A stretch of 64,000 nt of DNA, taken from assembly GCA_965218435.1 (NCBI GenBank), contig CBDCKW010000009.1, positions 2,400,001 through 2,464,000 of the forward strand. Direction: 5' to 3'. The position numbers and the translations under genes were made by a program. Under the pieces are notes generated by a model. That model saw only the letters and a list, made by a program, of their open reading frames with translations. It was not told where the DNA came from and ran no database searches. Origin of the DNA: Truepera sp. (GTDB lineage: Bacteria > Deinococcota > Deinococci > Deinococcales > Trueperaceae). This document shows positions 18,019 to 28,339 of this stretch, piece by piece; position 1 is the stretch's first letter; every line of letters starts with the position of its first letter.

Positions 18019-20427
18019 TCAGCGCCCTGGCACTAGCCTAAGTGTTTCTAAAACGTCTCCTAGTTGGTTCCTGGCTGTCACCATCGGCAGATACTCAACT
18101 TCAACCCAACGCTCTAAAAAATCGCGGTAGTGCGCAGATAAAACGTTACCGGACTGACCTGTAGGTTGGATAAACTGAGAACGTTCTAAATCACTGAGAT
18201 CGTAAAGTGCCCTGAGTCCCGGCCCACTGGTCTGCGCGGCACCTTCCTCATCAAGAGCGTACCGCGCTGCATTAACCGTAAACGCGTCGCCCCCATTCGG
18301 TACACGCAGGTTAAACAAGCGGCCCAGCGGCGTCTGCGCAAAAACCAGATGGTCGTGGTCGGCGTAGTGAGGGTCACCCCAACGCCAGCGGTTTATATCG
18401 TCGCCGTAATGTTCTTGCAGCTCTTGCGCGGCCTGCCGAAGTGCTGTGGCTCCTAAGAGTTTGCAAGTCTCGAGTTCAGGCGTCGCTACGTTGTCACACC
18501 ACGCTGTTTGCTTACGGATAACGTTACGAAAAAAGAGCGGACGGAAACCCCAGGTATCGTCAAATAAGGTATCAGGGCCGCCTTTTGACAGGTCATCTTC
18601 TAAAACGAGCCGGGTAAACGCCCGATACCAGGTACTAAAAATCAGCGGCTCGGGTGCGTTCGCCGTCATCACGCCGTCCCAAGCGGCAAGCCGCGCCTGT
18701 AACGCCTGCGCTTCGGTACCTTCAGCTTGCACGCTCAGCAAAAACGGCAGAAAGTCGCCCACCATGCCCGAAAGCTGGTCAGCTTGAACGTCTCTAAACG
18801 AACCGAGTGAATGTTTAGCTTGAGCCGCTAACAGTGCCGTGATGCGCTCCACTCGGTACGGTTCGGCCCACTCCGAAGTTAAAAAGTACGGATAGTCGTC
18901 CGGGACGAGTTTGTTGTTCGCCGTAACAATCTGGCCTGAAGGTGGGTTGTAAACATGCGGCAACTTCTCGAAGGGAATAAAGCCTGTCCAGTCGTAGTCA
19001 CCTGTCCAACCCGGAACCGGTACTAAACCGTTCCCGTTTTTGCGAATCGGCACCCTGGCAGGCGCAACCATCCCGATGTTTCCGTCTACATCGGCGTACA
19101 CGATATTTTGCTGCGGCGCGTGAAAGTTGCGCAGGGCTTCGGTAAAGTCGTTCCAGTTTTGCGCTTGGTTAAGGTCTAAACCTGCTTGCAGCGACAAGTC
19201 ATCGTTACGCAGCGACGTCCAAGCAAAGGCAAGCGCGTATTCGGAACCGGCAACCTCGGCAGCGTCCGCACTCACATCCGAGACGAGCGGGCCGTGCCGG
19301 GTTTCACGCACCTTTAAGGTCACGTCAGCCTGGCCTTTCACCCGGATGGTCTCCTGACGCGTTGTTAGCTCAGCCCACCCCGTCGGTGTTTTGTAGCGGT
19401 TAGGATTTTTGGGATCAAACTGTTCAACAAATAAATCCTGCGTGTCTGGCCCGGTATTCGTAAAACCCCAGGCAATACGGTCAGTACGTCCTAGGACGAC
19501 GAGCGGCAATCCTGGGAGGGTTGCGCCGATGGTCTCGAGCCCCGGTGCCGAGAGCTGTGCCAAATACCAGAGCGCCGGAGTTTGCAAGGCCAAATGTGGA
19601 TCATTGGCTAAGAGCGGTGCACCGGTGACGCTATGCTCGCCGCTCACAACCCAATTATTCGACCCCGCTCCCGGTGGCAATGGTTTAGGCGAAGTCGCCC
19701 AGAGTTTGTCCAAAGGCAATTTTTGATAGAGCGCAGAAAAATCCGGCAAAATCACCGGCGCGTCGCCCGGATAAGGCGGCCAGAGTTGGGCAACACGCTC
19801 CGGCGGCAAAACCTTGAGGAGCCGTGCCCGTAAGAGTTCGTCATCCCAATTCCCGCCCAAATCCCACGCCATCATCTTGAGCCAGACGAGCGAATCGGCA
19901 GGCTGCCAGGGTTCGGGTTCATAACCTAAAATCAAGAACTCAGGGGGCAACGCGCCCTTGCGCTGCCCTAGAAACGCATTGACTCCGGCGCTGTACGCTG
20001 CTAAGGCACCCTGCGCCTCGGCGCTGAGGTTCGGGAGTGTCTGCTCAGCTGAGCGGTAAACGCCCAGCGTCCGTAAGAATTTGTCGGTTTCTAAAGTAGC
20101 GTCTCCTAAAACTTCCGAAAGCCGCCCCGCGCCGACACGCCGCTGAAAATCCATTTGAAAAAGTCGGTCTTGCGCGTGAACGAAACCAAGGGCAAACAGC
20201 GCATCTTCTGAACTTTTCGCGTAGATGTGCGGCACGGCGTTCTCGTCACGGATGACCTCGACGGGTGCGCCCAAACCGGGCAGCGTAAGGGTACCGCTCA
20301 CCTTGGGCAACGAGGTGCGGAGGTAAAGAAATACGACGAGGAGCACGAGCGAAAGAATGACAAGCAGCCCGAGGGGAACGAACCACCAGCGAAACCGTCT
20401 GCGCCTAGTTTGTTTAGAAATCGTCAC
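18019..20427 (-). CDS. Penicillin acylase family Ntn-hydrolase
   Basis: RDENAVPHIYA, GFVHAQDRLFQM, GSNNWVV (catalytic Ser) and LANDPHL motifs; N-terminal membrane anchor. Confidence 0.9.
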   Translation of the reverse strand: MTISKQTRRRRFRWWFVPLGLLVILSLVLLVVFLYLRTSLPKVSGTLTLPGLGAPVEVIRDENAVPHIYAKSSEDALFALGFVHAQDRLFQMDFQRRVGAGRLSEVLGDATLETDKFLRTLGVYRSAEQTLPNLSAEAQGALAAYSAGVNAFLGQRKGALPPEFLILGYEPEPWQPADSLVWLKMMAWDLGGNWDDELLRARLLKVLPPERVAQLWPPYPGDAPVILPDFSALYQKLPLDKLWATSPKPLPPGAGSNNWVVSGEHSVTGAPLLANDPHLALQTPALWYLAQLSAPGLETIGATLPGLPLVVLGRTDRIAWGFTNTGPDTQDLFVEQFDPKNPNRYKTPTGWAELTTRQETIRVKGQADVTLKVRETRHGPLVSDVSADAAEVAGSEYALAFAWTSLRNDDLSLQAGLDLNQAQNWNDFTEALRNFHAPQQNIVYADVDGNIGMVAPARVPIRKNGNGLVPVPGWTGDYDWTGFIPFEKLPHVYNPPSGQIVTANNKLVPDDYPYFLTSEWAEPYRVERITALLAAQAKHSLGSFRDVQADQLSGMVGDFLPFLLSVQAEGTEAQALQARLAAWDGVMTANAPEPLIFSTWYRAFTRLVLEDDLSKGGPDTLFDDTWGFRPLFFRNVIRKQTAWCDNVATPELETCKLLGATALRQAAQELQEHYGDDINRWRWGDPHYADHDHLVFAQTPLGRLFNLRVPNGGDAFTVNAARYALDEEGAAQTSGPGLRALYDLSDLERSQFIQPTGQSGNVLSAHYRDFLERWVEVEYLPMVTARNQLGDVLETLRLVPGR

Positions 20428-20543
20428 TGTAGGGGTTAGTGTAGCGTATTGAGGGTGGGGCTCGAGGCCAACTCGAGCAGCCTATGTCATCCGTTTTCAA
20501 GCCTTGCTGAGCTTCCAGGATTTCGCAGTACAATAGCGTTATC

Positions 20544-20760
20544 ATGACTATAATTACTGAAAAAGGCTTTTTCCGAGGCTTCAAAACTTTCAGAGAGAGA
20601 CCAGGACGCTGTAGCCGAAGTTATTCTGGCCGAGCTCGCATCTGAAAAACGTTGGAATGACCTATTTGCCAACTCTCAAGACGCACTTGCCGAACTCGCT
20701 CAAGAAGCACTCTCCGAACATCATGCTGGCGAAACCCAAGCTGTTGACTGTAACAAGTAG
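20544..20760 (+). pseudogene. Type II antitoxin with a 1-nt insertion after codon 2
   Basis: ATG ACT A-TAA TTA CTG AAA AAG GCT...; removing one base gives MTKLLKKAFSEASKLSERDQDAVAEVILAELASEKRWNDLF...; stop overlaps toxin GTG. Confidence 0.65.
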
Positions 20761-21029
20761 TGGTTTCTACCACAACCGAGAAATTTTGGAAAGCTTACGA
20801 CAACCTTGGTGAGACGGTTCAAAAGCAGGCTCGAGCCTCGTACCGCCTCTTTCGTGCAAATCCGCGTCATCCCAGCCTTCACTTTAAGAAAGTACATAAC
20901 ACCTTGCCGATCTACTCAGCGCGAATAAACCTTGACCACCGCGCAGTCGGTATCCTTGAAGGAAACACCATCGTCCGGTTTTGGATTGGATCTCACGGCG
21001 CATACGAGAGGCTTATCTCGAGCTTTTAA
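20760..21029 (+). CDS. RelE/ParE-like toxin
   Basis: FWKAY..L...VQ.QA...[14 protein letters not shown]...YSARI...RA.G......FWIGSH..YE. Confidence 0.8.
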   Translation: MVSTTTEKFWKAYDNLGETVQKQARASYRLFRANPRHPSLHFKKVHNTLPIYSARINLDHRAVGILEGNTIVRFWIGSHGAYERLISSF

Positions 21030-21088
21030 CAAAAACTCGACTGGCTGCTCAAGCCCCGCACCTCAAACTATACCCGCCCCGGCAAATA

Positions 21089-21201
21089 TGCTACACTGCC
21101 CTTTGGCTTCGCGGCTGACCTCCCCACCTATCACCTGGGTCAGCTGGCGACATAAGTGCGAACGTTTAACCGATAAACGCTTGACTAAAGAGGATGTGAA
21201 C
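21089..21201 (+). promoter_or_regulatory. rplM-rpsI promoter and structured leader
   Basis: Extended -10 TGcTACACT (21089-21097); hairpin GCTGACC...GGTCAGC at about 21114-21144. Confidence 0.45.
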
Positions 21202-21621
21202 GTGAAAACCTACTTTCCCAAAGAACCCACGAACGGTTGGGTTGTAGTTGACGCCGAAGGGCAGACCGTCGGCCGACTAGCTACGCAGATTGCCACCGTC
21301 TTGCGTGGCAAACACAAACCCGACTTTACGCCGAATCAGCTCAGTGGTGATTTCGTAGTTGTCATCAACGCTGAAAAAGTCGTTTTTACCGGCAAAAAGA
21401 TGGACCAAAAGGTCTATACCCGGTATAGCGGCTATCAGGGTGGCCTCAAAAAGACGAACGCCCGCACGATGCTCGAAAAGCGCCCCGAGCGCGTGTTAGA
21501 GCACGCCGTTTGGGGAATGCTCCCGAAAACCCGTTTGGGCCGCCGGATGATCCGCCGCCTCAAGGTCTACCCCGGTCGTGCGCACCCGCACGCTGCTCAG
21601 CAACCCCAGGAGATGCGCTAA
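21202..21621 (+). CDS. rplM: 50S ribosomal protein L13
   Basis: [36 protein letters not shown] and HPH.AQQP motifs. Confidence 0.97.
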   Translation: MKTYFPKEPTNGWVVVDAEGQTVGRLATQIATVLRGKHKPDFTPNQLSGDFVVVINAEKVVFTGKKMDQKVYTRYSGYQGGLKKTNARTMLEKRPERVLEHAVWGMLPKTRLGRRMIRRLKVYPGRAHPHAAQQPQEMR

Positions 21622-22007
21622 TGGAACAATTTTATGGTACAGGCCGCCGCAAAGCTGCCGTCGCCCGCGTGTTTTTACGCCCCGGCGGAGGCCGCATCAC
21701 GGTCAACGGCAAAGATTTTCAGGACTATTTTCGCGGTATTTTGGTCGGTGTGCAGGCGCTCGAGCCCCTTAAAGTTACCGGTTCAGCCGGTCGCTACGAC
21801 GCCGTGATTACCGTCAAAGGCGGCGGCCCGAGTGGTCAGGCCGACGCGATTAAGTTGGGCGTTGCCCGCGCCCTCGTCGCGGTCAACCCCGAGTTTCGTG
21901 CCCGCCTCAAACCGGGGGGTTACTTAACCCGTGACGCGAGAGAGGTCGAGCGCAAAAAATACGGCTTGCGCAAAGCCCGCCGCGCCCCGCAGTACAGCAA
22001 ACGCTAA
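21621..22007 (+). CDS. rpsI: 30S ribosomal protein S9
   Basis: YGTGRRK, GGGPSGQA, ERKKYGLRKARRAPQYSKR. Confidence 0.98.
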   Translation: MEQFYGTGRRKAAVARVFLRPGGGRITVNGKDFQDYFRGILVGVQALEPLKVTGSAGRYDAVITVKGGGPSGQADAIKLGVARALVAVNPEFRARLKPGGYLTRDAREVERKKYGLRKARRAPQYSKR

Positions 22008-22024
22008 GCCAAACTGGTTTAGGG

Positions 22025-22057
22025 AAAAGAGGACTGAGTTTTCAGCCCTCTTTTTTT
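22025..22057 (+). terminator. Intrinsic terminator after rpsI
   Basis: GAGGACTGA...TCAGCCCTC stem followed by a T7 run. Confidence 0.8.
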
Positions 22058-22342
22058 GAACTGCCTATAGCTTGCCGGACACGCTCGTAACTCGAGCTTT
22101 TTCAATGCCAGCGCCCCGTTTTGTATAGAAGGTGTCCCAAATTCGTGCGTACACAACGTGGACACTGCGTCCCTAACGGGCTTATTTTTTTCTTACACAG
22201 TTCGTGGTACACCGCCTTTATATAAGTACCCCTTGCCGGTACCTCGCATCATGCTATTGTCATCTCGCTCGCGTAGAGTCAGGTTGCGCAGCCGATATAG
22301 CAGCGCGGAGCAGCGCAACACTTCACCTTTTTAGGACACGCT

Positions 22343-23167
22343 ATGACAACCTTTCAGGCGGTTATTTTAGGCATCATTCAGGGTCTGGCTGAGTTTTTAC
22401 CGATCTCGAGTACCGCGCACCTCCGCATCTTTCCCGCGCTCTTTGGCTGGAGCGACCCCGGTACGGCCTTTAGCGCCGTGATTCAGCTCGGCACAATCGC
22501 CGCAGTGATCATCTTTTTTATCCGCGACCTGTGGCGCATTTTAATTACTTGGCTGCGTTCACTTTTTACCCCCAGGCTCCGCGCCAACCCGGACGCCCGT
22601 ATCGGCTGGTACATCCTCTTAGGTACGCTGCCTATTGCCGTGCTGGGGCTACTTTTTCAAACCCAAATTACGACCGTGGCTCGAGACTTGCGCGTCATTG
22701 CCACAACGCTGATCGTCCTCGGCGTAGTGCTGTGGCTAGCTGACCGTAGCGGCGGCCGCCGTAAAGAAGTAGACCAGCTTACGCTCGCTGACGGGCTCGT
22801 ATATGGGTTCTCTCAAGCCTTTGCGCTTATCCCCGGCGTTTCACGTTCCGGCGCGACAATTAGCGCCGGACTCTTTTTAGGTTATACCCGCGAAGCCGCC
22901 GCCCGCTACTCGTTTTTACTCTCGGTTCCGGCGATTTTAGCCTCGGGACTTTTTGAACTTAAAGACGTCTCGCTGAGTGACGGCCCTGGCCTCGCCCCGA
23001 CGCTGATTGCTACCGCCGTGTCCTTTATCGTCGGCTACGCCTCGATTGCCTGGTTGCTGCGCTATGTGAGCCGTAACAGCTACCTACCGTTTGTCGTGTA
23101 CCGCATTGCTTTAGGCGTCGTCGTTGTTATCTTGCTCGCGCTAGGCGTACTGCAACCGTTTCAGTAA
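22343..23167 (+). CDS. uppP: Undecaprenyl-diphosphatase
   Basis: GIIQGLAEFLPISSTAH and PGVSRSGAT motifs. Confidence 0.95.
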   Translation: MTTFQAVILGIIQGLAEFLPISSTAHLRIFPALFGWSDPGTAFSAVIQLGTIAAVIIFFIRDLWRILITWLRSLFTPRLRANPDARIGWYILLGTLPIAVLGLLFQTQITTVARDLRVIATTLIVLGVVLWLADRSGGRRKEVDQLTLADGLVYGFSQAFALIPGVSRSGATISAGLFLGYTREAAARYSFLLSVPAILASGLFELKDVSLSDGPGLAPTLIATAVSFIVGYASIAWLLRYVSRNSYLPFVVYRIALGVVVVILLALGVLQPFQ

Positions 23168-23400
23168 CCGTTTCAGTAGCTTGACGGTGGTTAACAGCAT
23201 CTTCAAGAAAGATTGCACCAAACATCATCATAAAACGTACGTGCTGGTCAGCAGAACTTAGACGCAGAGCATTTCTCACCAGATAACTTGCCTGCGCCCC
23301 TCAAGGGTGTACCCCCCAGGGTATACCTGCTGTAAAAGGCGTGCGTAACAGCCTCTTCGGACAGGTCACGTTAAACTAACATCACTTGGGAGGACCCTCC

Positions 23401-24906
23401 ATGACGGTTACACGTATTGCCCCCTCACCCACCGGTGACCCTCACGTCGGCACGGCCTATATGAGCTTGTTCGACTATGTATTTGCCAAGCAGCAAAACG
23501 GCACCTTTATCTTACGCGTTGAAGACACCGACCAAAAACGTTATCAACCAGGAGCCGAGCAGAGAGTTTTAGACGCGCTCAGTTGGTTAGGTTTAGAGCC
23601 GGGCGAAGACCCCGTGAAGGGTGGGCCGAACGCCCCCTATCGGCAGACCGAGCGCAAAGCGATTTATTTGGAGTACGTCCAAAAACTTCTGGACGAGGGC
23701 AAAGCGTACCGGGCGTTTGAAACCGCTGAAGAACTCGCCGAAATCCGCGCCGAACTTCAGGCTAAAGGTCTTGGTTACGGCTACGACGGGCGTGGACGCA
23801 ACGTGTCCAAAGAAGAGTCCGAGCGCCGCGCCGCCGCCGGTGAACCGTTTTCTGTCCGGTTTATCACGCCGGATAAGGGCGAAACCGTTGTGAATGACCT
23901 CTTACGCGGTGAAATTCGTATCCCTAACCGTGAGGTGCCCGAGGCAGTTTTGTTAAAAAGCGACGGCTTACCGACCTATCACTTAGCGGTCGTCGTGGAT
24001 GATCATCTGATGGGCGTGACGCACGTGATTCGCGGCGAAGAGTGGATTCCGACCTCACCGATTCATGTGCTGCTTTATGGGGCGTTCGGTTGGGACGAGC
24101 CCGTGTGGATTCACATGCCGATCTTGAAAAACGCCTCGGGCAAAAAGCTCAGTAAACGCAAAGACGACACCAACCTGGACTCGTACCGTCAGCAAGGATT
24201 TTTACCCGAGGCGCTGCTAAATTATCTCGGCACGATGGGCTACAGTATGCCGGGGGGCCGCGAGTTTTTTACGCTGAGTGAAATGATTCAGGACTTTTCG
24301 TTCAGGCGGATTTCACTGGGCGGGTCGATTTTCGACCTCAAGCGGCTCCGGCACTACAACGCCAAGTACTTGCGCGAACTGCCGCTCGAGGAACTCGCCA
24401 AAAGGGTCAAGCCGTTTTTAACTGAAGCAGGTATCACCTGGGACGACGAAGACTACCTGCTCGACGTGCTTGACGTGCTTCGTCCCCGCGCTGAAACACT
24501 CCGCGACTTCGCTGATCACGGCTACTTTTTTACCGAAGACTTTGCTTATACAGACGACGCGAAGAAGAAACTTCAGGGGGGGCAGAAGTATTTGGAGGGA
24601 CTCGAGCGCGAGTTTGCACGGCTCGACTCGTTCGATGAAGATTCGGTAGACGACGCGCTGCACGACTATGTGCAGTCGCAGAGCGGCGTCAAGATGGGCG
24701 CGATTTTGCAACCCCTCCGCGCCGCGCTAACCGGTACGACGCACTCACCGGGAATGACCGAAGTGGTGAGCATTTTAGGCAGAAAACGCGTGACTGAGCG
24801 CCTCGGACGGGCTTTGACCGCCATTACCCAGGGACTCCCCGACGACAAACCGGACAAACCGCCTAAAGATAGAGCCGAACAAAGCAGCAACAGTGAGGCT
24901 GCCTGA
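23401..24906 (+). CDS. gltX: Glutamate-tRNA ligase
   Basis: RIAPSPTGDPHVG (HIGH), RVEDTD, THVIRGEEW and KLSKR; GGAGG SD before ATG 23401. Confidence 0.95.
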   Translation: MTVTRIAPSPTGDPHVGTAYMSLFDYVFAKQQNGTFILRVEDTDQKRYQPGAEQRVLDALSWLGLEPGEDPVKGGPNAPYRQTERKAIYLEYVQKLLDEGKAYRAFETAEELAEIRAELQAKGLGYGYDGRGRNVSKEESERRAAAGEPFSVRFITPDKGETVVNDLLRGEIRIPNREVPEAVLLKSDGLPTYHLAVVVDDHLMGVTHVIRGEEWIPTSPIHVLLYGAFGWDEPVWIHMPILKNASGKKLSKRKDDTNLDSYRQQGFLPEALLNYLGTMGYSMPGGREFFTLSEMIQDFSFRRISLGGSIFDLKRLRHYNAKYLRELPLEELAKRVKPFLTEAGITWDDEDYLLDVLDVLRPRAETLRDFADHGYFFTEDFAYTDDAKKKLQGGQKYLEGLEREFARLDSFDEDSVDDALHDYVQSQSGVKMGAILQPLRAALTGTTHSPGMTEVVSILGRKRVTERLGRALTAITQGLPDDKPDKPPKDRAEQSSNSEAA

Positions 24907-25850
24907 TGGCCTGGTTCGATAGACTCCGGCAAGGGCTGGGCAAAACCCGTGACATGCTTACCACCGACGTGCGCGATCTGGGCCGCTTGTGGGAGATGGA
25001 GTGGGACGACCTCGAGTTCGCCCTGATCGGGGCCGATACGGGCGCGAAGATTGCCGCCGAGGTTGTGGCTGAAGCCAAGGCTGAACGCGAACGTGGGACG
25101 AGTTTCCGGGAGTCTTTGGAGAAGGCGTTGCTGGACCAGCTCGAGCCCGACCGGATGCGCCAGAAACTCCGCCGTGTGGGTTTTAACCTCGACGTGTCGC
25201 GGAATCTCGTTGAACCCAAAGGCAAAGTCGTGATGGTCGTCGGCGTCAACGGCGTCGGCAAAACGACGACGATCGCCAAGTTGGGGCAGTACTACACCGG
25301 GCACGGTGACAAGGTGATGTTTGCCGCTGGGGATACGTTCCGGGCCGCAGCGACGGCGCAACTAGAAGTTTGGGGCGGTCGCCTCGGGATTCCGACGATT
25401 GCCGGGCCGGACGGCTCGGACCCCGGCGCAGTCGCCTTTGACGCGGCGCAGGCGAGGCGGGCCAGGGGCTTCGACCTGCTCTTTGTAGACACCGCCGGAC
25501 GCCTTCACACCAAGCACAACCTGATGGAAGAGCTTAAAAAGGTCAAACGCGTCATCGCCAAAGCCGACCCGGACGAACCCAAAGAGGTCTGGCTCGTGCT
25601 CGACGCGGTGACCGGGCAAAATGGTCTCGCTCAGGCCAAAAAGTTTCACGAGGCCGTCGGGCTTACCGGGGTGGTCGTGACCAAGCTCGACGGCACGGCC
25701 AAAGGTGGCATCTTGCTGCCGATCGTCCGTGAGTTAAAGCTGCCCATCAAGTTTATCGGCGTGGGCGAAAAGGCCGAAGACCTGCAACCTTACGACGCCG
25801 CCGCCTATGTACGGGCGCTGCTTGATATGCCGGAGACAGCAGCAGCATAG
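24906..25850 (+). CDS. ftsY: SRP receptor FtsY
   Basis: GVNGVGKTTT, DTFRAAA, DTAGR and TKLDGTAKGG motifs. Confidence 0.97.
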   Translation: MAWFDRLRQGLGKTRDMLTTDVRDLGRLWEMEWDDLEFALIGADTGAKIAAEVVAEAKAERERGTSFRESLEKALLDQLEPDRMRQKLRRVGFNLDVSRNLVEPKGKVVMVVGVNGVGKTTTIAKLGQYYTGHGDKVMFAAGDTFRAAATAQLEVWGGRLGIPTIAGPDGSDPGAVAFDAAQARRARGFDLLFVDTAGRLHTKHNLMEELKKVKRVIAKADPDEPKEVWLVLDAVTGQNGLAQAKKFHEAVGLTGVVVTKLDGTAKGGILLPIVRELKLPIKFIGVGEKAEDLQPYDAAAYVRALLDMPETAAA

Positions 25851-25941
25851 GTCAATCAGGAAGGATTTTGACCGGTTTCAGGCTTACTATCGTTTTGAGT
25901 GAGCTTTACGTGGCTCACTTGAAAGAAACGAGGGTGAGAAC

Positions 25942-26535
25942 ATGAACGAACAGGTAGTGGCCCCCAACCGCGTCTTGCTTTGGCAACGGCTAGAAAGCCC
26001 TAGCCTCGAGATGTTTGCGCTGGAGCCGGACGCTACGCCGACGTTGGGCGGCACGGTGGTGCTCGAGCTAGAGGGTCAACCTGCCACAGTGAACTACCGC
26101 ATCGTCGTAACTGCAAACTGGAAAACGAGGCAGGTCACGGTAACGCTGAACTGGGGGAATGACATGAGAACTCTCGAGCTGCGTGTGGACGACGAGCAGC
26201 GTTGGTGGCATGGTGAGCAGGAGCTGGCCTACCTCCGGGGTCTCTACGACGTTGACCTGAGCGTGACGCCCGCAACTAACACCTTGCCCTTGCGGAGGCT
26301 CGAGCTGAGCGTCGGCGAAAGTCATGAAGTTACAGCAGCTTGGGTCAAGTTTCCGGAGCTCGACCTCGAGCCCTTGCCGCAACGTTACACCCGCACAGGC
26401 GAGACGCGCTACCGCTACGAGAGTGGAACTGCGTTCGCAGACTTTTCCGCAGAACTCGAGGTTGACGACGCAGCGTTGATTACCAAGTATATGAGTGGAA
26501 GACGAGGTTGGACGCGAGTAATACGCGCCAAGTGA
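25942..26535 (+). CDS. Putative glycolipid-binding domain protein (DUF1089-like)
   Basis: DVDLSVTPATNTLPLRRL and QRYTR....YRYES motifs. Confidence 0.75.
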   Translation: MNEQVVAPNRVLLWQRLESPSLEMFALEPDATPTLGGTVVLELEGQPATVNYRIVVTANWKTRQVTVTLNWGNDMRTLELRVDDEQRWWHGEQELAYLRGLYDVDLSVTPATNTLPLRRLELSVGESHEVTAAWVKFPELDLEPLPQRYTRTGETRYRYESGTAFADFSAELEVDDAALITKYMSGRRGWTRVIRAK

Positions 26536-27200
26536 CGGAATACGACCGGGCATTCAGCTTCTGGCGGTTGTTAGCGGAAATCTACACGCCGCTGGGCAAC
26601 AGCAAAGCCCTCGTCAACACCACTGCGCCGATCGTCCTCAGCAACGCACTCTGGTATCCGGAACCGGAAAGTATCGCTGAAGTACGAGACTTTTACAGTG
26701 AACAAGGCGTTTCGGCGTCGTGCTTTTTGTCGGCAGAACTAGACGAAGGACTCTTACAAACGCTGGCCCTAAGCAACGCGGGCTTTTCACGTGCCGCCCA
26801 ATACAGTTTTACACAGTACGGTTTCACGCCGGTTGACGCCGTAAAAACTAGCTCTTTAACGGTCGAACAGGTCAGTTGGGTACAGACCCGTACCCTCGGT
26901 GAAGTCATCGCCGCAAACTATGCGCTGAGCCCGTACGCCGTTACAGTCGGACAAGCTTTAGCGTTAGCACTGCAGCTCGAGCCCACCCTAACCGCGTTCG
27001 TGGCTTACAACAGCAAGCCCGTCGGCGCGATGATAACGCAAGCGTTACCCGACAAGCTGATTGCATTTATGCTCGAGTCCCTCACTTCAGAGGCCGATTC
27101 TGCACTCCGGGCACGGTTGCGTTTTGAAGCTGAGACGCAAGGCAAAAAAGCATTCGTCTTTGAGCAGGTTGAGACAGGAGTATTTGAGCTGTGGCAGTAA
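26532..27200 (+). CDS. Hypothetical protein, possibly GNAT-like fold
   Basis: Long ORF coupled by GTGA overlap; operon position. Confidence 0.55.
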   Translation: MTEYDRAFSFWRLLAEIYTPLGNSKALVNTTAPIVLSNALWYPEPESIAEVRDFYSEQGVSASCFLSAELDEGLLQTLALSNAGFSRAAQYSFTQYGFTPVDAVKTSSLTVEQVSWVQTRTLGEVIAANYALSPYAVTVGQALALALQLEPTLTAFVAYNSKPVGAMITQALPDKLIAFMLESLTSEADSALRARLRFEAETQGKKAFVFEQVETGVFELWQ

Positions 27201-27874
27201 CTTTGCTTGTCACGGCGACGGGACTCGAGGCCGCACCTCTCAAAGATGCACTCCTCTGGCAACCTCTCCCCTTTGCACTTGGTGAACTCTTTAAGCTGCC
27301 TGAGCAAAACATTTACCTGGCGCATCTAGGCGTCGCCAAGGTCAATACGGCGGCGGGTTTGACGCTGGCGCTGCACATTTTGAAACCGGATAAGGTTATT
27401 CAGTTCGGTATCGGTGGGGCGTTTGCTGAAGCGGGGCTCGAGCTGGGGCAAGTCGCCGTAGCAACGCAAGAAACACACATGGACACGGGCGTTCAGTTAG
27501 ACAACAATTGGCAAGACATGAAAACTTTAGGTTTTCCGCTATTGGGAGAGCATTACAATATTTTCCCAACTGACCCGGAGCTAACTCGGACGTTGGCTGC
27601 GCTTACCGGGGCGACGCCCTACGCGTTTGGCACTTCTGAAACAGTGACGGGGAGTTGGGCAAGAGCTAAGAGTATTTACGAACGTTTTGGGGTTGCCGTA
27701 GAGTCAATGGAAGGAGCCGCTGCCGCACAAGTTTGCACCGCGTTGGGCGTTCCTTTTGCCGAGCTGCGGGGTATCAGCAACGTCGTCGGAGAACGGGACA
27801 AGACGCGTTGGGATATTGGTAGGGCTGTAAAAGCGGTCAATCAGGCTGTACTGAGTTGCTTGCAAACTGTGTAG
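27191..27874 (+). CDS. mqnB: Futalosine hydrolase
   Basis: PNP/MTAN fold: GVAKVNTA, GIGGAF, ETVTG, ESMEGAA, ELRGISNVVGERD..RW. Confidence 0.8.
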   Translation: MAVTLLVTATGLEAAPLKDALLWQPLPFALGELFKLPEQNIYLAHLGVAKVNTAAGLTLALHILKPDKVIQFGIGGAFAEAGLELGQVAVATQETHMDTGVQLDNNWQDMKTLGFPLLGEHYNIFPTDPELTRTLAALTGATPYAFGTSETVTGSWARAKSIYERFGVAVESMEGAAAAQVCTALGVPFAELRGISNVVGERDKTRWDIGRAVKAVNQAVLSCLQTV

Positions 27875-28237
27875 CGCTCGAGGCTGGCCAGGGACGCGTT
27901 TGGCCTGCTGCACTTTCCCATGATGTACGGGGCCGTTGCCTACGCGTTTGTCATTGAAGAAGCTGTGGCGCGTCCAGATGAGCCGCTCGCATTTACACGA
28001 CGGCTGGCGTTAGGGCTCGGGTTGGCGCTATTTGTTGGGGTAACCGCGCTCACCATTAGACGAGCAACCGGCCGTTTGCTGCGGCCCCGCATCTTGCTGC
28101 TTACCGGCACAGTCGTTGCTGTTATGGTTTGGGTCGTTGCGCCCTGGGTAAGTCTCACGGTAGCTTTTGTCGGGGTGGTACTGATCGCGCTATTAGAGCA
28201 AGTAGAGAGCAACTCTAAATCAGCTAAAGCCTTATGA
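27875..28237 (+). pseudogene. 3' fragment of a low-temperature requirement A (LtrA)-like membrane protein
   Basis: RSRLARDAFGLLHFPMMYG...EEAVARP followed by TM helices; 5' part missing. Confidence 0.55.
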
Positions 28238-28339
28238 GATTTAGGGTTGATAGTCTGCTACAAGGCACTTTAAGAACGACGTAGGCCCACTTTCCCCACA
28301 AGACATCATGCGAGGTCAAAACGCTGTACACCCTAGTAG

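Noticed and set aside
20932..21620. N-terminal extensions of L13 and S9 shown in the ORF track
   Set aside because: Conserved starts are at 21202 and 21621; the extensions are longest-ORF artefacts
22270..22320. SRP RNA or riboswitch upstream of uppP (GTCAGG...GGAGCAGC; GTTGCGC/GCGCAAC stem)
   Set aside because: Lacks the SRP GGAA tetraloop helix and matches no aptamer I can recognise
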